Shown here: positions 20,973-29,961 of the stretch, one piece after another
Position numbering within the stretch: position 1 is the first letter of the stretch
Layout: the number at the start of each line of letters is the position of its first letter
Source: Flavobacteriales bacterium
GTDB taxonomy: Bacteria > Bacteroidota > Bacteroidia > Flavobacteriales > TMED113
Reading direction: 5' to 3'
Assembly (NCBI GenBank): GCA_002863085.1
Contig: PKDT01000033.1
Coordinates: forward strand, 1 to 58,698
Length of the DNA stretch: 58,698 nucleotides
Position numbers and translations under genes: made by a program
Notes under the pieces: model-generated
The model's input: the letters and a program-made list of their open reading frames with translations, nothing else
What the model was told of the DNA's origin: nothing
Databases searched by the model: none

Positions 20973-21481
20973 GCTCTGAAATTATAAACAAGATAGAAAA
21001 GGCCGGGCTTGTAATTGTTGATGTCTCAGACTTTGAGCCCAAATCACAACTAAATAATATTGATTTGGCTAATTGGCTTGATGACAATATGATTATAAAA
21101 GAGGCTTCGTTTCGTAAAAAGTTGGAAAGTTTTAACTGGAAGCCTTATTTAAATAATTATGTGTCGGTAACATGTTCAAAAGATGTTATCATTCCGCCTT
21201 GGACATATTCCCTAATTCAAGTGAAATTGCTTAATATTGCAAAACAAGTCTTTTTCACGAATATTGAAACCATGAGACTTTTAGTTGTTCAAAAAAATAT
21301 ACATGAACATGACTTTAATAAATACAAAAATAAGAAAGTCTTTTTGAAGATTTGTAATAATAAAAAACTGTCTATGGGTACACTTTCATTATGTATAAAT
21401 GCCTTTTCACAAAATGTAAAAAGCTTGTCATTCGGTGAGCCCTGCTCTAATATTCCACTTATTAAAAACCAAAAAAAATGA
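20969..21481 (+). CDS. Hypothetical protein (DUF2480-like), coupled to the suf operon
   Basis: 170 aa; its start overlaps the sufT stop (ATGA). The family assignment is from memory of Bacteroidota suf neighbourhoods. Confidence 0.45.
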   Translation: MSSEIINKIEKAGLVIVDVSDFEPKSQLNNIDLANWLDDNMIIKEASFRKKLESFNWKPYLNNYVSVTCSKDVIIPPWTYSLIQVKLLNIAKQVFFTNIETMRLLVVQKNIHEHDFNKYKNKKVFLKICNNKKLSMGTLSLCINAFSQNVKSLSFGEPCSNIPLIKNQKK

Positions 21482-23862
21482 AAAAAATAATATTGACACC
21501 CCTACTTATTTCCTTAGTAATAATTCTAAGCCTTAATCCACTTAAGGCTGATGAGGGCATGTGGTTACCCATGTTAATTAACGGAGCTACAATGGATGAT
21601 ATGAAAAAGAAGGGCCTTAAACTTAGTTCCGAAGATATATACAGTGTCAACAACGCATCACTGAAGGACGCAATTGTAAGCTTTGGCGGTTATTGCACAG
21701 GAGAAATTATATCAAAAAACGGTCTCCTTTTAACTAACCATCACTGCGGATACGGTGCAATTCAAAAGATTAGCTCTGTCGAAAACGACTACTTGGGTAA
21801 TGGCTTTTGGGCCCAAAATTATGATGAGGAAATTCCAAGCGAAGGGCTTTTTGTTGATTTTTTAATTGAAATGAAAGATGTAACAGCTGAGGTTTTGGAT
21901 AGCATAGATTATAAAACAAGCATAGACGATAGGACCAAAAAAATTAATAAAAGAATTAGTGAAATAAAAAAACGAGAACTTGATGGTACAAACTTCTGGG
22001 CAGAAATAAAACCATTTTATGGCGGCAGTGAATTTTATTTGTTCAAGTACGAACGATATAATGATGTTAGACTCGTTGGAACCCCACCTGAGTCTATTGG
22101 CAAATATGGCGGTGACACAGATAACTGGATGTGGCCAAGGCACACTGGTGACTTTGCTCTATTTAGAGTATACACTGATAGTGAGGGAAAGCCCGCTAAT
22201 TATTCCAAAGACAATATTCCCTTGGTACCTAAGCACCACCTTCCCATCTCTCTTGATGGTGTGAAAGACAATGACTTTACAATGGTTTTAGGATATCCCG
22301 GAAGCACAGATCGTTATCTTTCATCATATGGTGTTAAGCTGGCAATAAACCTTTATAACCCAACAGTAGTTAAAGTAAGAGAGGCCAAGCTTAACATTTT
22401 AAATGAATATATGAAATCAGATCGTAACATTAATATTATGTACTCTAGCAAAAAGGCCCGAATATCAAATTACTGGAAATATTATATTGGCCAGACAAGG
22501 GGGTTAAAAAAACTTAATGTGTATGACAAAAAGGTTGGTATAGAATCTGAATTTAATGTCTTTGCCAACTCATCAGAACTGAACAAGGCTATTTATGGAG
22601 ATGTTTTGTCTGATATGGAAAAATCTTACTCCGAAATAGAGAAGTTAACCCTTTCGAGAATATATTTAAATGAGGCCGCTTGGAGCGGGCCAAGCTTTGT
22701 TAGGTTGGCACGCCGATCTGAAAAGTTTACTGAGGCACTTGAATCTGGAAATGACTCTATATATCAAGAAGCAAAAACCTCCTTCATGAACGAGGTTATA
22801 GAGACTTTCAAAGATTATAAAAAAGAAATTGATATGGACATTTTTGTAAAAATGATGGAAATGTATTACAAAAATGTTCCAAAAGACCAAATGCCTGAAA
22901 TAATCATAAAAATGGCGAAAAAATACAAAGACAACTTTAAAAAGTGGGGTGAAGTCGTTTACAGCAAGTCTATTTTTGTTGATGAGTCTAAAATGATGGC
23001 CTTTTTAAAAAACCCAAGTTCTAAACAAATTAAGAAAGACCCCGCCTTTCTTATACAAAAATCTATTTTAGACAACTACTTTAATAAAATTCTTCCCTCA
23101 ATACGGGCCCCAAGACAAAGCTTAGAGGTTTCAAACAGGCTATTCATTGATGGTTTGAGAAAAATGTACCCACAGAAAACCTTTTACCCTGATGCCAATT
23201 TTACAATGAGGTTGACCTATGGTACAATAGGTGACTACTCTCCAGGTAATGCAATAATGTATGACTACACAACAACTTTCGATGGGATAATTGAAAAAAT
23301 GGATAATGATAATCCCGAATTTATTGTTTCTGAAAAACTTGTTAAACTTTATAAGGATCAAAACTTTGGACCATACGCAAACGAAGATGGGGAGTTAAAT
23401 ATATGCTTTATTTCAAATAATGACATTACTGGCGGAAACTCTGGTTCTCCTGTTATCAACTCTAGGGGCGAACTGATTGGTTGTGCCTTTGACGGAAACT
23501 GGGAGGCTATGAGTGGTGACATTGCCTTTGAGGACCAACTGCAAAGAACGATTTCTGTTGATATACGCTACATTTTATTTATAATTGATTATTACGCAGA
23601 AGCAAAACACATAATTGACGAACTAACTCTTGTAAAGACCAGTGACAAAGAAATGGATAGGATCAAAAAAGAGGAAACACAAAGTTTAATAAATACTATT
23701 AACGAACTAATAAAAGAGTTTCCCGAAATTATTAAGTCCGAAAATACAAGCAGTGATGAGTTAAGCTTTTCAAAGGCCTTCATGAATGCACGAAATCTTA
23801 AAAAAGATTTTTTTTCCTGGAAAAATAAGACTTATAGTACCGAATTAGAGGTGGTTGAATAA
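21478..23862 (+). CDS. S46-family dipeptidyl-peptidase (DPP7/DPP11-like)
   Basis: Signal peptide, then DEGMWLP. The catalytic triad context is present (TNHHCGY, DFALFRV, TGGNSGSPVIN). There is an extra hydrophilic C-terminal tail of about 75 aa. Confidence 0.85.
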   Translation: MKKIILTPLLISLVIILSLNPLKADEGMWLPMLINGATMDDMKKKGLKLSSEDIYSVNNASLKDAIVSFGGYCTGEIISKNGLLLTNHHCGYGAIQKISSVENDYLGNGFWAQNYDEEIPSEGLFVDFLIEMKDVTAEVLDSIDYKTSIDDRTKKINKRISEIKKRELDGTNFWAEIKPFYGGSEFYLFKYERYNDVRLVGTPPESIGKYGGDTDNWMWPRHTGDFALFRVYTDSEGKPANYSKDNIPLVPKHHLPISLDGVKDNDFTMVLGYPGSTDRYLSSYGVKLAINLYNPTVVKVREAKLNILNEYMKSDRNINIMYSSKKARISNYWKYYIGQTRGLKKLNVYDKKVGIESEFNVFANSSELNKAIYGDVLSDMEKSYSEIEKLTLSRIYLNEAAWSGPSFVRLARRSEKFTEALESGNDSIYQEAKTSFMNEVIETFKDYKKEIDMDIFVKMMEMYYKNVPKDQMPEIIIKMAKKYKDNFKKWGEVVYSKSIFVDESKMMAFLKNPSSKQIKKDPAFLIQKSILDNYFNKILPSIRAPRQSLEVSNRLFIDGLRKMYPQKTFYPDANFTMRLTYGTIGDYSPGNAIMYDYTTTFDGIIEKMDNDNPEFIVSEKLVKLYKDQNFGPYANEDGELNICFISNNDITGGNSGSPVINSRGELIGCAFDGNWEAMSGDIAFEDQLQRTISVDIRYILFIIDYYAEAKHIIDELTLVKTSDKEMDRIKKEETQSLINTINELIKEFPEIIKSENTSSDELSFSKAFMNARNLKKDFFSWKNKTYSTELEVVE

Positions 23863-23869
23863 TTTATTA

Positions 23870-24772
23870 ATGCAAAAGGTTGCCCTTCTTTCAGAAAAAA
23901 GATACCTGAAAGCCGATGAGTCTAATTGGTATCTAGAAAATATCATTCTTGAGGATAAGCTATTAACAAGGTCTCTTTACAAAAATGACATAATTGCTAA
24001 AAGAGTTGCTTGGGACGACAATCCCGACCTTAGCAATTTTGACTCAGCTATATTTAGAACAACCTGGAACTATTTTAACTATTTGGATGAATTTATTAAA
24101 TTTTTGACTACTTGGAAAAACAAGCTAATATTTATAAATCCGATTGATATTGTGCTTTGGAATCTAGATAAAAAATACCTATTTGATCTAAACTCTAACG
24201 GAATAAATATTCCCGAATCAGTCCTGGTAAAGAGGGGTCAAGTTAAAAAACTAAAAAATATTAGTCAAAAAGAAAATTGGTCAAAATTTATAATCAAGCC
24301 CTGTATTTCTGCTGCTGCCTGGGAAACTTATTGTGTTGAACGCAAAAATATTGATAAATATGAGTCTCTATTTTATAGGCTTGTCATGAAACACGACATG
24401 CTGGTTCAGAATTTTCAAAATAGCATTTTATCGTTTGGCGAAATATCGTTCATGTTGTTCGATGGAAAATATTCTCATGCCGTTATAAAAAAACCAAAAA
24501 AAAACGACTACAGGGTTCAAGACGATTTTGGTGGTACTGTTTCCAATTATTATGCAAATAATAAAGAAATTAATTTTGCTGAAAGGGTTGTGAAAACTTT
24601 GAAAATTACCCCGGCTTATGCTAGAGTTGATGTAATTGTCGATAAAAACGAACAACTTGCCCTATCAGAACTTGAGCTGATTGAGCCCGAGTTGTGGTTC
24701 CGAAAAAAGAAAGGCTCTTCAGATCTTTTAGCGGGCGCAATTAAAAAAAAATTAAAATTTAATAGGCTCTAG
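23870..24772 (+). CDS. ATP-grasp fold protein (glutathione-synthetase/RimK-like), function unknown
   Basis: FIIKPCISAAAWET, VQNFQNSILSFGEISFMLFDGKYSHAVIKKP, DYRVQDDFGG and ARVDVIV...ELELIEPELWF resemble ATP-grasp motifs. ATG 23870 is preferred over the tracked TTG 23855. Confidence 0.55.
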   Translation: MQKVALLSEKRYLKADESNWYLENIILEDKLLTRSLYKNDIIAKRVAWDDNPDLSNFDSAIFRTTWNYFNYLDEFIKFLTTWKNKLIFINPIDIVLWNLDKKYLFDLNSNGINIPESVLVKRGQVKKLKNISQKENWSKFIIKPCISAAAWETYCVERKNIDKYESLFYRLVMKHDMLVQNFQNSILSFGEISFMLFDGKYSHAVIKKPKKNDYRVQDDFGGTVSNYYANNKEINFAERVVKTLKITPAYARVDVIVDKNEQLALSELELIEPELWFRKKKGSSDLLAGAIKKKLKFNRL

Positions 24773-26648
24773 AGACGTTTCCCTCCATAAAGTAAACAAA
24801 TGATTTGTTGGCAATCATGTTGCCTCCAGCTGTTGGATAGTCTCCGGTAAAGTACCAGTCCCCTTTGTGGTCGGGACAAGCCCCGTGCAAGTCCATAACC
24901 GACTGATAAATAATATTGAAATCTGCGTTAATATTATCTGCTTTTAAAAGTCTTGCTATCTCGTCTGAAATCTCTTTATCAGAAAAATTGTTATACAATT
25001 CTTTTAAGTGATTTTTTTGTTCCTCTTTTTTTTGCAACAATGCCAGTTTGCATTTATTGTATATATCTTTTATAGCTAGCTTGCCTTCGTCTGTTTGTTC
25101 AAGCAGGGACATAGTTGCTTTAAACGCAATAAAGTCTCCCAGCTTTGCCATATCAATTCCATAGCAGTCAGGATATCTTATTTGTGGCGCCGAAGAAACA
25201 ACGATGATTTTTTTAAACTTTAAACGGTCTAATATTCTCAAAATACTTTTTTTAAGAGTTGTTCCCCTAACAATACTATCATCCAAAATAACTAATGTGT
25301 CCGTTGTTTTGGCTACACCATAAGTAACGTCGTAAACATGGCCAACGAGGCCATCTCTATCGTTGTCCGCCGTTATAAAGGTTCTAAGTTTCGCGTCCTT
25401 TACTGCCATTTTTTCGACCCGGAGTTTTTGTTTCATTTTAATCTTAAGCTCACTAAATCTTTTTTCATCTAATAATCTTTCTTTCTGTTCATTTAGCTCA
25501 TCCTCTAGAGAAGATAACAGTCCATAAAAGGCTGTTTCAGCAGTGTTTGGAATATAAGAAAAAACTGTATTTTGTAAGTCACCATCAATTGATCTAAGAA
25601 TTGGCCCCTTCAGCATTGAGCCTAGTTTTTTCCTTTCCTTGTTTATTTCACTATCGTTACCTCTAGAAAAATATATTCTCTCAAAAGAGCAAGCCTTTCT
25701 TATTTTTGGGGTGATAATTTCCTCAAATTTCACAACTCCACTTTTCTTTATTATTATTGCATTGCCTCTTGGTAATTCTTTTATTTTATTAAACTGAGAA
25801 TTAAAGGCCGTTTGTATTACGGGTCTTTCTGAACATACTACAACTATTTCCTCATCTTGATAGTAATACGCTGGTCTGATTCCGTGTGGGTCCCTGAACA
25901 CAAAAGCATCACCATGCCCCAAGAGTCCTGATAAAACATAGCCTCCGTCCCACTTTTTTGATGAATTAATTAGAATTTTTGCTATGTCAATATTTTCCTC
26001 AATCAACCTTGAAATTTCTTGATTTGAATTGTTTTCTGGCTTGAACTTGGTGTACAGCCTAGTATTTTCCTCGTCTGTAAAATGACCAATTTTTTCAAGA
26101 ATTGTAACAGTGTCTGATTTTTCCTTTGGGTGTTGGCCAAGGTCTATTAGTTGCTTTAATAGTTCATCAACATTTGTCATATTAAAGTTTCCGGCTAAAA
26201 CCACATTTCTGGATTTCCAATTGTTTTGTCTAAGAAGGGGGTGGCAGTGTGTTATATTGTTTCCCCCATAAGTTCCGTATCTTAGGTGGCCTAAGAAAAC
26301 TTCTCCAGTAAAAGAACAGTTTTCTTTCAACCATTCTGGGCTTTTGAATTTTTCAGGATAATTACTTTGTATTCTTTTGAAATTGTCACTTATTTTTGAA
26401 AAAACATCTTGAATAGAGTTTGGGTCAACCGACCTCCTTCTGCTTATATATGGAAACCCCGGCTTAACACCTAACTTTATATTTACAATTCCAGCACCAT
26501 CTTGTCCCCTATTTACCTGTTTTTGCATTAATAAATACATTTTATTTAGTCCATACAGGGCAGTGCCATATTTTTCTTGATAATATGATAGTGGTTTTAA
26601 TAGTCTTAAAAGTGCTATTCCACATTCATGTTTAATGTGATCACTCAT
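24759..26648 (-). CDS. purF: Amidophosphoribosyltransferase (long Bacteroidota type)
   Basis: Ntn glutamine-amidotransferase start (HECGIALL after the leader), GQDGAGI, and a PRTase motif LVILDDSIVRGTT. Confidence 0.85.
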   Translation of the reverse strand: MSDHIKHECGIALLRLLKPLSYYQEKYGTALYGLNKMYLLMQKQVNRGQDGAGIVNIKLGVKPGFPYISRRRSVDPNSIQDVFSKISDNFKRIQSNYPEKFKSPEWLKENCSFTGEVFLGHLRYGTYGGNNITHCHPLLRQNNWKSRNVVLAGNFNMTNVDELLKQLIDLGQHPKEKSDTVTILEKIGHFTDEENTRLYTKFKPENNSNQEISRLIEENIDIAKILINSSKKWDGGYVLSGLLGHGDAFVFRDPHGIRPAYYYQDEEIVVVCSERPVIQTAFNSQFNKIKELPRGNAIIIKKSGVVKFEEIITPKIRKACSFERIYFSRGNDSEINKERKKLGSMLKGPILRSIDGDLQNTVFSYIPNTAETAFYGLLSSLEDELNEQKERLLDEKRFSELKIKMKQKLRVEKMAVKDAKLRTFITADNDRDGLVGHVYDVTYGVAKTTDTLVILDDSIVRGTTLKKSILRILDRLKFKKIIVVSSAPQIRYPDCYGIDMAKLGDFIAFKATMSLLEQTDEGKLAIKDIYNKCKLALLQKKEEQKNHLKELYNNFSDKEISDEIARLLKADNINADFNIIYQSVMDLHGACPDHKGDWYFTGDYPTAGGNMIANKSFVYFMEGNVSRAY

Positions 26649-26679
26649 ACCTAAATAATGTATTTTTCATGTTTTTTTG

Positions 26680-27210
26680 CTATAAATATCTATCGTCAAC
26701 TTCCATGACTTCTCCAGAAACAGGACAAGTCCGAAGCTTTTTATCACTATAAAACCTCTTGAAAACCGGCAAAAAATCTTTCTCTATATTCGTTAGATAA
26801 AAATACTCTTCATACAATAGTTGATTTTCTTTGTCTGAAAACCACATCAAGCCATCTTTGTGGTGTTTTTCTCTTTTTCTTTCAATTACTAAGCCTATTG
26901 AGTTTTTGTGTCGAACTGGCGAATGTGGAATTCGAGCCGGCAGCAAAAACATTTCGCCCTCGTTGATTGGCACCTCAACCATTTTTCCGTTTTGTTGTGT
27001 TTTAACAGTAATACTTCCTTCAATCTGATAAAATAATTCTTCTGTTTCATTATAATGGTAGTCCTTTCTCGCGTTTGGTCCCGCAACAATCATAACAATA
27101 AAATCTCCTGCATCGACATACAGATTTTTATTTCCAACAGGTGGCTTAAGCAGGTCTCTATTTTCTTTTATCCATTGATTAAGGTTGAATGGTGGGAGTA
27201 TTTTTTTCAT
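26680..27210 (-). CDS. 3-hydroxyanthranilate 3,4-dioxygenase
   Basis: 176-aa cupin with NLNQWIKENRDLLKPPVGNK, DYHYNETEELFYQIEG and LLPARIPHSPVR. Confidence 0.85.
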   Translation of the reverse strand: MKKILPPFNLNQWIKENRDLLKPPVGNKNLYVDAGDFIVMIVAGPNARKDYHYNETEELFYQIEGSITVKTQQNGKMVEVPINEGEMFLLPARIPHSPVRHKNSIGLVIERKREKHHKDGLMWFSDKENQLLYEEYFYLTNIEKDFLPVFKRFYSDKKLRTCPVSGEVMEVDDRYL

Positions 27211-27277
27211 GTGATAATCTTTCTTGTGCTTTTAAGTAAACTATATATAACCTTAAATTAATTATATTTGAGAAAAT

Positions 27278-28063
27278 ATGGAAATAAATCTGAAAAATAA
27301 AACAGCGTGGGTGTTTGGTGGGTCATCTGGTATCGGTCGATCGATTGCCTTGGAGTTAGCAAGTTGTGGGGCAAATATTGTTTTAGTTTCACGAAACCTT
27401 AGTTCACTAAAAAAAACAAAGGACGAGCTTTGTGTTAAAATGAACCAACGACATGATATATTATCTGTAGATATGTCTAAAACAAATGAACTTGAAAATT
27501 TGCTATTAGACTATCTTAAAAGAAACGATGTTGATATAATTATTAATAACTCGGGGGGGCCCAGTCCTGGCTTAGCACACTCCGCTGACAACGAAGATTA
27601 CAGCCTGGCCTTTCGACAACACTTAATTTCAGCACAAACTATTTGTCGAATTGTTGCTCCTTTATTTAAAAAAAAGCAATTTGGTAGAATAATTAATATA
27701 ATTTCAACATCTGTAAAGCAACCAATTCCAGGCTTGGGTGTATCAAATACAATTCGTGGTGCTGTGGCAAATTGGAGTAAAACCTTGTCGTCTGAACTTG
27801 GTCCTTTTGGTGTTACGGTTAACAATATATTGCCAGGAGCAACACAAACCGAAAGACTTAATGAAATCGTTGAAAAAAAAGCACACAAGAATAACATTCC
27901 TAAAGAGCAAGCGGCCCAAATAATGAAAGAGGAAATTCCATTAAAGAGGTTTGCACAGCCTAGAGAGGTTGGTTTTCTTGTAGCCTTTCTATCATCTGAC
28001 ATGGCGAGCTACATAAATGGGGTAAATATTCCAATTGACGGCGGAAGAACAAAATCATTATAA
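27278..28063 (+). CDS. SDR-family oxidoreductase
   Basis: Rossmann motif GGSSGIGRSIA, NNSGG and a classical SDR layout. Substrate unknown. Confidence 0.8.
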   Translation: MEINLKNKTAWVFGGSSGIGRSIALELASCGANIVLVSRNLSSLKKTKDELCVKMNQRHDILSVDMSKTNELENLLLDYLKRNDVDIIINNSGGPSPGLAHSADNEDYSLAFRQHLISAQTICRIVAPLFKKKQFGRIINIISTSVKQPIPGLGVSNTIRGAVANWSKTLSSELGPFGVTVNNILPGATQTERLNEIVEKKAHKNNIPKEQAAQIMKEEIPLKRFAQPREVGFLVAFLSSDMASYINGVNIPIDGGRTKSL

Positions 28064-28068
28064 TTTAT

Positions 28069-29517
28069 ATGGAAAAAATTTGTAATTATATCAATGGCTG
28101 TTTGGTTGCACCTAAATCAGGAGAATATATAAAAAACATAAGCCCCGTTGATGGTGTACACTATTCACTTATACCCAACAGCACTGAGGACGATGTTGAC
28201 TCTGCGGTTGAGGCGGCTAAGAAAGCTTTTGTTAATTGGGGGAGTAGCTCTAAAAAAGTTCGTTTCAATTGGTTGATGAAGCTTGCTGACGCAATTGATG
28301 ACTGTTCTGAGGAGTTAATAATCGCCGAAAGTTATGACAATGGCAAGCCTGAGTGGTTGGCAAGAAAAGTTGATATTCCTAGATGTTCTGAAAACTTTAG
28401 GTTTTTTGCAACGGCCATGTTGCATCACAAAACAAGTGCATTCGATATGGATGGCGAAGCACTTAATTACACCCTAAACCCACCTATCGGTGTAGCTGGC
28501 TGTATATCACCCTGGAACCTGCCGCTTTATCTATTAACATGGAAAATTGCCCCTGCAATTGCTGTTGGAAATACCGTTGTGGCTAAACCTTCTGAAATCA
28601 CTCCGTATACCGCTTATTTATTTAGTAAAATTTGTCAAAAAATTAACTTTCCTAAAGGTGTTATAAATATTATTCATGGATATGGTGATACTGCTGGTGA
28701 TGCCGTTGTAAGAAAATGTGATATAATTTCTTTCACTGGTGGAACAAAAACAGGGAGAGTCGTCGCTGCCAGCGCCGCAAAATCTTTCAAAAAATGTTCC
28801 CTAGAATTAGGGGGCAAAAACCCCTCAATTGTATTTAAAGATTGTGATTTTGAAAAAACCATCAAAACTGTTTTGCGTTCTGCGTTCACTAATCAAGGAC
28901 AGGTTTGTTTGTGTGGATCCAGAATCTTTGTTGAAAAAGATATTTATGATAAGTTTATCCGTTCTTTTGTTGAAAAAGCAAAAGAACTTAAGGTGGGTGA
29001 TCCTAAAATTAAACACAACGATCTCGGTGCCATTGTCTCTGAAGCGCACCTAAAAAATATAATAGAACATGTAGATAATGCATTAAAAAAGGGAGCGAAG
29101 ATAGTTTGTGGTGGAAAAAGACTAAAATTAACAGGAAAACTATGTGGTGGGTTTTACATGTCTCCAACAGTTTTATTAAACACCAAAAATTCTGACCCTA
29201 TTAACCAAGAAGAAGTTTTTGGGCCTGTGGTAACTATAATTAGTTTTAACAACGAGCGCGAGCTGGTTGAGTTATCAAACCAAACAAAATACGGCTTATC
29301 CGCATCTATATTTACTAATGATGTTTCTAAAGCTCACAGGCTAGCTGCTAAAATTGACTCTGGTTTAATATGGATTAACTCATGGCTTCTTCGTGATCTT
29401 AGAATCCCTTTTGGCGGAATGAAAAGCTCAGGAATTGGAAGGGAGGGGGGAAATGAATCGCTAAATTTTTTTACTGAAACAAAAAACATTTGTGTAAAAA
29501 TTGAAAACAAAGATTAA
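28069..29517 (+). CDS. NAD-dependent aldehyde dehydrogenase, likely 2-aminomuconate/2-hydroxymuconate semialdehyde dehydrogenase
   Basis: ALDH motifs are present: LELGGKNP, FTNQGQVCLCGSR (catalytic Cys) and EEVFGPV. The subfamily is inferred from neighbours (3-HAA dioxygenase, RidA). Confidence 0.7.
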   Translation: MEKICNYINGCLVAPKSGEYIKNISPVDGVHYSLIPNSTEDDVDSAVEAAKKAFVNWGSSSKKVRFNWLMKLADAIDDCSEELIIAESYDNGKPEWLARKVDIPRCSENFRFFATAMLHHKTSAFDMDGEALNYTLNPPIGVAGCISPWNLPLYLLTWKIAPAIAVGNTVVAKPSEITPYTAYLFSKICQKINFPKGVINIIHGYGDTAGDAVVRKCDIISFTGGTKTGRVVAASAAKSFKKCSLELGGKNPSIVFKDCDFEKTIKTVLRSAFTNQGQVCLCGSRIFVEKDIYDKFIRSFVEKAKELKVGDPKIKHNDLGAIVSEAHLKNIIEHVDNALKKGAKIVCGGKRLKLTGKLCGGFYMSPTVLLNTKNSDPINQEEVFGPVVTIISFNNERELVELSNQTKYGLSASIFTNDVSKAHRLAAKIDSGLIWINSWLLRDLRIPFGGMKSSGIGREGGNESLNFFTETKNICVKIENKD

Positions 29518-29538
29518 TTAATAAATTTAAAATCTATT

Positions 29539-29961
29539 ATGAAAGAAAGTTATAATTCTTTAAAGGCACCTGAGGCTGTGGGTCATTATCCGCACGCTAA
29601 GCAGGTGGGTGAGTTTATTTTTTTGTCTGGAGTTGGTCCAAGAAAAAGAGGAAGTAAAGACATTCCGGGCATTGAGATGGATAAAGACGGAAAAGTTAAA
29701 AGCTATTGTATTAAAACACAATGCTTATCTGTTTTTGAAAATGTTAAAATTATTTTAAATGACTCTGGTTGTGGCTGGGAGGACATTGTTGACGTTACTG
29801 TATTTTTAACTAACATGAAGGCCGATTTTAAGGTATTTAACGAGTTATATAAGGAGTATTTTAAAGTCCCTTTTCCAACTCGAACAACCATTGAGGTTTT
29901 GAGTTTGCCAACCCCCATTTCTATTGAACTTAAAGTAGTTGCACACAAAAAAAGATGCTAA
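29539..29961 (+). CDS. RidA/YjgF-family deaminase (candidate 2-aminomuconate deaminase)
   Basis: 140 aa with FLSGVGP, VTVFLTNM and PTRTTIEV...IELKVVA, the typical YjgF fold pattern. Confidence 0.75.
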   Translation: MKESYNSLKAPEAVGHYPHAKQVGEFIFLSGVGPRKRGSKDIPGIEMDKDGKVKSYCIKTQCLSVFENVKIILNDSGCGWEDIVDVTVFLTNMKADFKVFNELYKEYFKVPFPTRTTIEVLSLPTPISIELKVVAHKKRC

